From IMG/VR virus record IMGVR_UViG_3300033075_001676: a DNA stretch of 64,000 nucleotides. One strand, 5' to 3'. The DNA is from an uncultured virus (IMG/VR IMGVR_UViG_3300033075_001676). Taxonomy: Duplodnaviria; Heunggongvirae; Uroviricota; Caudoviricetes. The notes under the pieces were generated by a model. That model worked only from the letters and a program-made list of their open reading frames with translations. It searched no databases and had not been told where the DNA came from. This document shows, piece by piece, positions 12,903-21,321 of this stretch (its first letter is position 1; the number at the start of each line of letters is the position of its first letter). The translations under genes and the position numbers were made by a program.

Positions 12903-13100
12903 ATGTATAAATTTACTAAAGGTATTAATTATTCTTATTATTCAATCCTAACTAATGCTATAGCTTTTAATTTCTATAATGATGGCTGGGGAATGAAGGA
13001 TATTAGTAAGGATAAATATTTTTGATAATAATCTTACCTACTATTGTCATTATTATCCTAGACTTTCAGTTAGTTCTTTAAATTTGAGTAATTTTCTTTA
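12903..13100 (+). pseudogene. Frameshifted paralog of the MYKFTK family
   Basis: MYKFTKGINYSYYSI... stops at TATTTTTGA; deleting one T restores an ORF ending ...LSNFL*. Confidence 0.6.
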
Positions 13101-13153
13101 AATAAATAATTCTAGATATATTAGAATAATATGTAAAATATTTATGCATTTTT

Positions 13154-13230
13154 GATTCCTTAATCAAGTGGTCTACGATCTTTCACTCTAAATGAAATGT
13201 ACGGGGGTTCGAATCCCCCAGGAATCGCCA
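13154..13230 (+). tRNA. Amber suppressor tRNA, anticodon CUA
   Basis: Acceptor GATTCCT/AGGAATC, G73, CCA; anticodon arm TTTCA-CTCTAAA-TGAAA; T arm GGGGG-TTCGAAT-CCCCC. Confidence 0.92.
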
Positions 13231-13261
13231 CCCTTCTTTCGTATCCTAATAGGTCCTCTAT

Positions 13262-13999
13262 TTGTTTATACAAAATAAACAAACAGAAATAATCTGTAAA
13301 GTATGTGGTAATTTAGGGTTTGTAACAACAAAACATTATAAAAAGTCTATTAAAAAGAATGAAAATCATTCTTTTACATGCTGTAGAAAATGTCAAGATG
13401 AATTAAGTATTACAAAAGAAAATGTAGAATGTCTAAATTGTAAAAAGATTTTCTTAAAGAGAAGGGGGCAAATTTCAAAATCTCCTAATCATTTTTGTAC
13501 TAAATCTTGTTCAGCTTCTTATTGGAACACCTTACAGCCTAAACGGAAAACTTCAATTTCTACGACATGTAAAAAAATTCGAGATTTATCTAAGACCAGT
13601 AGCGCACCAAAATATTGTAAATATTGTTTTGAACGTATAACTAGAAGCTATACTTATTGTTCTTCTGAGTGTAAACAAGCTGTACAAAAAGAAAAAGCAT
13701 TGCGTAGATTTAATAATGGAGAGTGTAAAACTGCTAGTTCTATTAAAACTGCTTTTAAATATTTAAATATTGTAGAATGTCAAATTTGTGGGCAAAAACC
13801 AATGTGGAGTAATAAACCCCTAACTTTACAACTAGATCATATTAATGGAAATAGTGATAATAATTATTCTGAAAATCTTCGTTTGATTTGCCCTAACTGC
13901 CATACTCAGACTGAAACCTTTGCAGCTAGAAATATACGGCAAAAAAGTGAAAGAAGTGAGACAATGAAGAAATTCTATCAAAAGTACAAAAATAAATGA
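13262..13999 (+). mobile_element. HNH homing endonuclease with N-terminal Cys repeats, located between tRNA genes
   Basis: LQLDHINGNSDNNYSENLRLICPNCH; CxxC and FCxxxC repeats. Confidence 0.88.
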
Positions 14000-14007
14000 A
14001 AAATTTT

Positions 14008-14083
14008 CCCTGGATACTCGGTTGGCATGAGATCCATTCTAGGTGATGGAGAGTCGGTGGTTCAAGTCCACCTCTGGGGGCCA
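14008..14083 (+). tRNA. Atypical tRNA with an 8-nt anticodon loop (TCTAGGTG); identity unresolved
   Basis: CCCTGGA/TCTGGGG acceptor, GCCA end, TCCAT/ATGGA stem, GGTGG-TTCAAGT-CCACC T arm. Confidence 0.8.
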
Positions 14084-14086
14084 AGT

Positions 14087-14365
14087 TTCAATTGGGTTGG
14101 GTAAAAATCAGGATAGAAACAACTGAGATGTAAATAACTCAGGGGCTATCCTCTAATTAATTTATAAGTGCGCACTTTGAATTATGCCCATTAGAAAGTT
14201 TCAATTATCCAATTGAATAAAAGTTTGATCTTAGGATCAAAAAAAGAAATAGAAATAAACCTCTATTTTTAAAGAAGAGATAGTTAGGTCCTAGACCAGT
14301 TAAATGTGATGGACCTCCAGAGAGGCTCTCTCCGGCTAGTGCACTAGCAAGAAAACTATCTCTTC
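14087..14365 (+). ncRNA. Candidate structured RNA(s)
   Basis: Nested inverted repeats, e.g. perfect 12-bp GAAGAGATAGTT/AACTATCTCTTC enclosing short hairpins. Confidence 0.5.
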
Positions 14366-14384
14366 CAAATTAAGGTAAAAAAAT

Positions 14385-14810
14385 ATGTTGTAGATAAACC
14401 TAAAAAAACTATTCTCTAAAAAAGAACCTGAAGCACTGTTGGTTGAAAAACCCTCCTCGCTCTCCAGAAAAACTCTTTCAAGAGAAATAACTCGTCAATT
14501 CTTCTTAAATGAAGATGATTACTCTAAATTAAGAGATAGCTGGAAGATACTTCTAGAAAACAAAGAAGTAACTCTAGCTCATTCAATTCTATATGCTGTC
14601 TTAAGGGGCCGTGATTGGACTAAATGTTTCACTCCGGTTAGTAATCTTATTAAGCTAGTAAATGGAATAACTGCTAATGGTAGTCTTAATAATGCTTTAA
14701 GCCAACTAAGATGGTCTAAAAGATATGAAAAAGACTTTAATTTAGAGGCTGGAAAACTAGAACTTGTTGTAAGTTTAATTAATCCAGAAGGAGGTTACAA
14801 CACTCCTTAA
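14385..14810 (+). CDS. Hypothetical protein, probably starting at ATG 14385 with an in-frame TAG at codon 3
   Basis: SD-like TAAGGT, then ATG TTG TAG ATA AAC CTA AAA AAA CTA TTC..., in frame with ORF 14439..14810. Confidence 0.6.
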
Positions 14811-15124
14811 TGAAAGATGAGACTCCGTATATCTATGTCTTTGTAAGAACAGATATTCCGGTAGCCCATCAGATGGTCCAAACCGGTCATGTATGTTACA
14901 TGGCCGGTAAACTATTTGATGCCCAAGAAGATACTTTCTTGGTTTTATGTTCAGTCAAAGATGAAAATGAATTAATTTCAATTAAATCTAGACTGGACTT
15001 AAAAGGTGTAAAGTCTACAATGTTCTTTGAGCCGGATAATAATTTTAACTATACTAGTCTTTGTACTGAATCAGTGACAAAAGAAAAAAGAAATATTTTT
15101 TCTAAATATAAATTATGGTGCTAA
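14810..15124 (+). CDS. Peptidyl-tRNA hydrolase, Pth2-like
   Basis: YVFVRTDI...VQTGH...LVLCSVKDENEL...FFEPD pattern of phage Pth2-like proteins. Confidence 0.75.
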   Translation: MKDETPYIYVFVRTDIPVAHQMVQTGHVCYMAGKLFDAQEDTFLVLCSVKDENELISIKSRLDLKGVKSTMFFEPDNNFNYTSLCTESVTKEKRNIFSKYKLWC

Positions 15125-15130
15125 AAGTAA

Positions 15131-16233
15131 ATGACTTATTTTTCTAGAATTTGGGGAGTAGGTCTTGTGTCTAGTAAAAGAGATAGTTGGTTTTATTTTT
15201 ACTATATGAGCAGATCCGATAAAGCATTTATGGAATTTGTGCTAAACTATAGTACTGAGACTATACCTAGGTGGCAGAGTTATAGTCCCATTTTTACTAA
15301 TGTTTTTAGTCCAATATCTTTAAAAGATATTTTGGATTTTTATGAATAAATCTCATAGTTTTTTTAAATATGATGGTAGTCTTCACTATAGCTACATAGT
15401 TAGAAGAAAGTATATTTATCACTATTATGGGTCTAGATATTGTAATTTAGGAGGTTATGGGTTAACCTACAATACTCATAGTATTTTAAGTACAATGCTT
15501 ACTAAAGAATATATAAAATTAGGTAAAATATGGGTTGGCTATGAATAGCAATTATATTTTTATTCCTTTGGATGAGATTCATGGCTATAAAATTTTAAAT
15601 AATAAGAAGGACAAAATTTTAATATTTAATACAAATTCAATTTGGACTTTGTGGGATCAGTGGCCTTGTACATATGCGTGGTTTGTTCCTCAATCATCTG
15701 TGAAAAGATTTTTTCATAATTCTCAAGGTCAATGGGAGGATTTCTTATAATGAAAAAGAAAGTAAGAAAAGCAAAACCAAGAGGTTGCTACTATGTTAGG
15801 GATTCTGCGAATGAAAATCTTAATGAGAAACCTTTAAAAATTCAGTTAGTATCTCCAAATAAAGATTATCCTAAGGGTTACTATATTGAAAAAAGAATTA
15901 ATGATTATAGAGAAATTGGACCCTTTAAATTTCAACACTGTAAGGCTAAAAGAAAAGGCCATAAAAATGGTAAAAATACTAAAAAGTTTTTAAAAGAATT
16001 TGAAGATAGAGATGATATTTTATAGAGGAATAGAAAGGTGGGATCAAGAAGATTATAAAATTACTAGTAATAAATGGACTTTAGGGTTCAGAACCTATGG
16101 AAAAATAATTTTATTTTGTAGATATTCCTTACAAACTATGCCTAGAGAGCACTTTTATTTTTATAGTGATCCATTTGATATAATCCAGATAGAAGCTAAA
16201 ATTCTTAAAGAATTTTTAAATAATTATAGTTAA
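15131..16233 (+). CDS. Small hypothetical ORFs (15131, 15342, 15535, 15732, 16000)
   Basis: Coupled small ORFs, mostly aromatic-rich; 15732 is Lys/Arg-rich. Confidence 0.6.
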
Positions 16234-16241
16234 GAAGATTT

Positions 16242-16326
16242 GGACACATCGCATAGCGGCAATTGCCTGAGACTGTAAATCTCATCCTTAATCGGTTCGT
16301 AGGTTCGAGTCCTACTGTGTCCACCA
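16242..16326 (+). tRNA. tRNA-Tyr(GUA)
   Basis: GGACACA/TGTGTCC acceptor, loop CT-GTA-AA, long variable arm, TTCGAGT, ACCA. Confidence 0.95.
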
Positions 16327-16361
16327 AAGCCTTAAAATAATGTTGAAATGGGAAATAAAAA

Positions 16362-16936
16362 ATGATTGTACGAAACTTTCTAACGTGTAAAGAATGTCAA
16401 AGATCTGATGATACTGTGGTTGAAGTTGTTGAAGATAAAGCAGGGGCATGTGGCTCCGAATCTATAACAATTGCACCCAATATAATTTTTCTTTGTCCAG
16501 CTTGTATTGCTAAAAATGAATGAAATTTTGTCATAGTTACTATTCTAATGAATGGATAATTCATACTGATACTCATATATTATTTTATTATCTTAATAAT
16601 TATGAATGGTTAGGATTTCATATTGGTCCTCCAATAAATAAGTATTATGCCTATAAGTTAAATACAAAAGAATATGCAAATTTTTAATTTAATCTAATGA
16701 GTACTCTTAAATTTAACTATGCAAAATCTAAAAATATGTTAATCTTAAGTGTTAAAGGTTATGAATACTTAGTATTTGGAGACCGGATGCCTAATAAGAA
16801 GTATTTCTTCTTAGCAGTAGGTTCTTGGGCAAAAATAGAAGATACTTTACTAAAAGAATCTATTCCTTATTATAAAGATTTTTTAGCGAAAGCTAAAATT
16901 AAACAACTTGGATTGACTGAAGATGTGTCAAATTAG
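16362..16936 (+). CDS. Small ORFs: 16362..16523 (53 aa, two CxxC), 16520..16687 (55 aa), 16697..16936
   Basis: Manual translation; the first two are too short to appear in the ORF track. Confidence 0.55.
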
Positions 16937-17442
16937 GGTTCTGATAGGTCCTTTCCAAAAGATAAACATCTCATGCACTCTCAGGGATGATTTGAAGAAA
17001 CCTGTGGAAGTCAATCCAATTCTTATAAGCTAAGCCAACCAAAAAGCTTAGAAATATTGTTTACTCAAACGGACCCAGCGGGTTCGAGAAGGCTCTTAAC
17101 CTTCTTTCTGAAGAGGAGTGTAAACAAGAACAATTTTCCTTTGACAAGGATAAAAAGGTTACCTAGTTGAACCTTAACAAAAATCTAGGAAGAAATAATT
17201 AGTTGGCCTACTTTAGGCTTACATCTGCTTTGCAGTTAACTAACTTAATAACAAACATAACTAAATAGCGGTCAGGCTCCTTAGATCGGGTAACTAAGGA
17301 GCCTTTAAGATATCGGTTGGCCGGGCCCTCTAATACGCCAACCCTTATCACCTAAATCCTAAAGAGTCTAGCTTTGGATATGGCTAGCCCTAACTAAGAA
17401 TCTAAATGGTTTACAAGTAAGCCTGGAATAGATTTTAGTTAG
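16908..17442 (+). ncRNA. Candidate large structured non-coding element upstream of the RNAP-like gene
   Basis: About 550 nt without an ORF, containing many stems (11-bp 16908/17019, 11-bp 17274/17304, long 17390/17442); strand inferred from context. Confidence 0.5.
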
Positions 17443-17484
17443 CTTGATAAAAAATATATCTATTTCAAGGTTAGAGAAATAAAA

Positions 17485-19520
17485 ATGAATGAACCTTTCA
17501 AACTAAAAGTCTTAACTGCTGATACCAGAGTTGAGGATGTAGAAATACCAAAAGTATTGACTATAGGCAAAGAAGAGGTAACCCTTCCTGATTGTGTCAG
17601 GAACAAAGATCCTCATTTCTTAATTAATTCCAGTGGGAAAACAGTAAAAGCTGCTTGGATTTCAAGAGCCTTAGCACGTTTGGTAGCAGCAAGTAATAGT
17701 GAAGACAAAGTTGAAAAACAAGTCAAGTATGCAGATGCTCTAAATGAAGTAGATACTTTAGTAAATGAATTAATTAAAACTAAAGTCTTAAGGAATCGCC
17801 GGGGCCCAGGAGCTATGGCTTTTGCTCAAGCACATGAAGATGTTCCAGAAGGATCAATAATGATCTCAAAAAGGTCATTTGAGTTGCTTAAAGCAGCTAA
17901 TAGCAAATGGGCTAAGGTAGGCAATGTAATTGCTATTAGATTTCCTAATTTAGGTCCTGGAACTACTAAGAGACTAAAACTTGTTATTAATGATGAGTTA
18001 CTTAGTTCATCTAGTATTGGATCTTTATGTCCCCAATTACTAGATTTATTCCGTACTCCAGAAGTTGAAGATGTTTCTGAAGTTATGGATGCATTCCTTC
18101 TTAATCCTAAAGATCTTAAAGATGGTTTTGAGGGGGATGGAGACGGTAGACATAATTGCCGCTTTTGGGTGTGAACCCATTGGAAATAAGCTGAATATCG
18201 GTACAAATCCTAGAGAATTGCGAAAGCAAATAAGGGCTAGACCGACGGAACAATGCTGGATACGAAACCAGTAATAGCCGCGAGAGACTGCCAAAGCAGC
18301 CCCTAGAGGGTAAAGATACAGTCCGGTACTCCACAGTAGTCTCAAAAGTGGAGAGCTAAGCAGAATAAAGTAATGACTTAGCCATATTAGTAACATTTAT
18401 GATAAATAGTATATTAACAGGCCATCTCTTAGGCGATGGTAGTTTACAAAAAAATAATAATAGCTATAAAAGAAATTATTATTTTAATATGACAAGTAAG
18501 TATAAAGAATATTTAGAGTGGATTATAAATTCTTCAAGTTCTCTCTTTTCAGGTAGACCAATCTGGAATTTTAGTACTTTTGATAATCGAACCAATAAAA
18601 CCTATTATTGGTTTGGCATGAAATCCTTAACTTCAAAAAAGCTAACTACTTTAAGAGCTAAATGGTATCCTCAAGGAATTAAAGAAATACCATTAGATCT
18701 TAAATTAGACAAAATTAGTTTATTAAGATGGTTTATGGATGATGGATCAAAAGCTACTAATGGAGGTAATTACCTTGCAACAGATGGTTGTAGAAAAGAA
18801 GAAATAGAATTTATTAAGACTATAGTAAAAAGAGATTTATCTTTGGAGACTAGTCTTCATAAAAATGGATCTCATTTTAGACTTTATTTTAATAAAGCTC
18901 AATCAAATAATTTTTATAAATTACTTGGTCCTTGTCCTGTTAATTCATTTAATTATAAATGGTAATTTAATACTGTAACAACTACGGATCTCATATATAT
19001 GGTTGCTGATGGATATGGCAGCCCTAGAAATTACAAACTAACAAATGCTAGAATACCTGGAGAAATTACTGAAGATCTAGTTCAACAAATGTTCAGTAAA
19101 TCAGATAGAGTAAGTAGGGAGTCTTTAAGTACTTATCTACCAGTCTATTTTGATGATACTCCAATTGGTCCAGCAACTTATGCTATTAGATGGAAGACTT
19201 ACAAGCAAAGCTTAAAGCATTTAGATTCTGAGCATCCTTTACATGAGGCCTGGTTAATTGAAGGACCTAATGGAATCAAATTAATGGAGTTTGTAATGGA
19301 TATTAGAAAAGGTGAATTTTCTAAGAAAGACATTGCAAAGAATCTATTACATATCCAAAATACTACTGCTGAGATTAAAGCCTATCAAGAAAAAGGAAAC
19401 TGGTTTGCCTTAGCTGTAACTTCTGGCAGTATTAGAGAGATTGATAAATTCTGCAAGAGATTTAATACTTGCCAAGAATTTGTTGATACTATCCTACCAA
19501 CAAAAAGAGTAATTAAATGA
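17485..19520 (+). CDS. RNA polymerase beta'-like catalytic subunit, join(17485..18147,18987..19520), 398 aa
   Basis: Spliced product reads IAIRFPNLG...AFLLNPKDLKDGFEGDGDG|DLIYM, aligning by eye to beta' LLNRAPTLH...AIQLHP...NADFDGDQM. Confidence 0.8.
18148..18986 (+). mobile_element. Group I intron
   Basis: Exon ends in U18147 with a P1 U.G pair (CGGUA/UGCCG); P7 GACTG 18286-18290 with AAGATACAGTCC; terminal G18986; excision restores the frame. Confidence 0.92.
18399..18965 (+). CDS. Intron-encoded LAGLIDADG homing endonuclease
   Basis: ILTGHLLGDG and LLRWFMDDG motifs. Confidence 0.92.
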   Translation: MINSILTGHLLGDGSLQKNNNSYKRNYYFNMTSKYKEYLEWIINSSSSLFSGRPIWNFSTFDNRTNKTYYWFGMKSLTSKKLTTLRAKWYPQGIKEIPLDLKLDKISLLRWFMDDGSKATNGGNYLATDGCRKEEIEFIKTIVKRDLSLETSLHKNGSHFRLYFNKAQSNNFYKLLGPCPVNSFNYKW

Positions 19521-19921
19521 GTGATATTAAACCCCAACCCCAGTGTGACTGTGGAGATGCCAATTGTGACTGCACGCAACCTTGTTCTTGTTCTTCGGTG
19601 GCAACCGATTCGGAGGAGTCGGACCTCAAAATTCTACATGGGAGTGTTCTGGAATGCCCGAATGAAACCGGTCCAAGCTGCATGTGCCAAACCACCAAAA
19701 TTGAACAATTAAATGGGATGCTTCCTCTTAATTGTTGTGGAAAATGTATTACTGATCTTCCGCCAGATACAGTTCTTGAGAACTTAGATGGAATGTGTGC
19801 TTGTGGTAAAGGTCATGGTTTTAATTTTAGTAATGAGTCTGGACAACCAGTATTTACTGAAGTAGAATTTCAACCTATGGATAATCGCAAGTTCCGAATT
19901 CTTCCCTGTCAAAGAGATTAA
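19517..19921 (+). CDS. Cys-rich putative metal-binding protein
   Basis: CDCGDANCDCTQPCSC, CMC, CCGKC and CAC motifs. Confidence 0.7.
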   Translation: MSDIKPQPQCDCGDANCDCTQPCSCSSVATDSEESDLKILHGSVLECPNETGPSCMCQTTKIEQLNGMLPLNCCGKCITDLPPDTVLENLDGMCACGKGHGFNFSNESGQPVFTEVEFQPMDNRKFRILPCQRD

Positions 19922-19949
19922 ATCTCTTTTCGATTAAAAGTTAACTCCC

Positions 19950-21317
19950 ATGAATACTTTATATGAAATTAAAATTAGACAATCAGGATTTTCACATATC
20001 CTGAAAGTTATTACCAAGCGAGCAGAAATTGTAACTGAAGGGGTAGAGAAGGTAATCCCTCCAATTCTTGAATATAATGAAGATGGATCTTTTAAGACTC
20101 TTCTACTTCAAGATGTTTTGAATGGAATTACTAAACATCCCTATAAGCCTAATTCACCTCAATTTAATGCTGAAAGATTGGCAGACTTAGAGGTTTCTGC
20201 TCTTTATAAACATTTAGAGCACTTTCCAAGTCTTCCAAGAGATCCTGAAGGTATTGCCCATCCGGTTGCAGAATTTATTTATTCCTATATGGTTTATTTA
20301 AAACCTGCACCAGAGTTGGCTACTATTCTAGATACTCTAGATTTTCAGGCTAAAGGTGAGTTACTTGCTCAAATCTTTGAAAGATTGCAAGGTAAGTATG
20401 CTGAAGAGTATCCTAATCTACATCTAGATTTTCATTCAGTTCCTAAAAAGAATATTGGAACTTTTTGTTACATTGCTAGAAGTAAAAGTAAAGTTGGAAT
20501 AGTTCCTAAACTTTTTGGTTTTAAAATGGAAAATGCAATTCCTACTGATAGAATTGCTAGAGAAATTTCTAGTTTAAAAAGTGCTGAGAAGTTTATTAAT
20601 CCAGTTCCAGTTGAAGGAATTCCAGAAAACTTACAGCCCTATATATCTAAAGTAAAGGTTGCCATTATTGGTACAGCTATTACAGCTTTAGATAGTGCAG
20701 ATATTTATCCAAGTGCTAGAAAAAAACTTGCATGTAAATTATCTAGAGAAAAGATTGTAGTAGATCCTAGTACAGTTGATTCAAAAACTAGAAATTTAAA
20801 ATTTGTTGCATATAAGAGTGGAGTCAATGTAGTCCACTCAGAAATTCAAACCATTGATGAAGAAGTAACTGAACCTGGAGCTATTAGATTAGTGTTCCCA
20901 GGGGGAGTTAAAGTTGCTGGCCAATTTTATTGGGACAGTCAAATGTATTCAATGGAGGATAATTCTGAGATTGATGTTGCATTAGACTTCAGAACATTTG
21001 CAGCAAAAGGTGCAGTGGCTAGTTTTGCTCTAATGAATGGTAAAACTGGAATGACTAGAGAAGAAGCAATTGACTTTTTCAATAGTTTAAAGAAAACTAA
21101 ACTGTACTTGGATGGAGTAGAATATGAAGGCTATGTTGGGGAACTTCCAGTAATGCGCCCCGGCCAAAGGTATTCTGATCTTTGTAAAGCAACTAATATC
21201 AGTTTTGATATGATTGCTCATGCAATTACTAAAAAAAGAATAGAGGTTAATCCTCATTACGAGTCCGAATATGCTCTTTTGAAAAATCTTAGAGCCGTTA
21301 TTAAGAAACAACTATAA
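19950..21317 (+). CDS. Putative RNA polymerase beta-like subunit (second double-psi barrel)
   Basis: VAIIG...LDSADIY ~ VAFM...FEDSILV; GAIRLVFPGGVK ~ GDKMAGRHGNK; DVALDFRTFAAK ~ DIVLNPLGVPSR; GYVGELPVMR ~ TVGYMYMLK, in collinear order. Confidence 0.65.
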   Translation: MNTLYEIKIRQSGFSHILKVITKRAEIVTEGVEKVIPPILEYNEDGSFKTLLLQDVLNGITKHPYKPNSPQFNAERLADLEVSALYKHLEHFPSLPRDPEGIAHPVAEFIYSYMVYLKPAPELATILDTLDFQAKGELLAQIFERLQGKYAEEYPNLHLDFHSVPKKNIGTFCYIARSKSKVGIVPKLFGFKMENAIPTDRIAREISSLKSAEKFINPVPVEGIPENLQPYISKVKVAIIGTAITALDSADIYPSARKKLACKLSREKIVVDPSTVDSKTRNLKFVAYKSGVNVVHSEIQTIDEEVTEPGAIRLVFPGGVKVAGQFYWDSQMYSMEDNSEIDVALDFRTFAAKGAVASFALMNGKTGMTREEAIDFFNSLKKTKLYLDGVEYEGYVGELPVMRPGQRYSDLCKATNISFDMIAHAITKKRIEVNPHYESEYALLKNLRAVIKKQL

Positions 21318-21321
21318 AGCT

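Noticed and set aside
13154..13230. Pyrrolysine tRNA
   Set aside because: Canonical GG D-loop, TTC T-loop, 5-bp anticodon stem and 5-nt variable loop; no pyl genes seen
16908..17019. Hammerhead ribozyme (CTGAAGA...GAAA)
   Set aside because: Stem II does not close next to GAAA and stem III lacks the NUH cleavage site
17485..18174. 17485..18174 and 18999..19520 as independent genes
   Set aside because: Better explained as two exons of one intron-split gene
17826..18396. Minus-strand and alternative-frame ORFs over the intron
   Set aside because: Shadow ORFs of exon 1 and the GC-richer intron core
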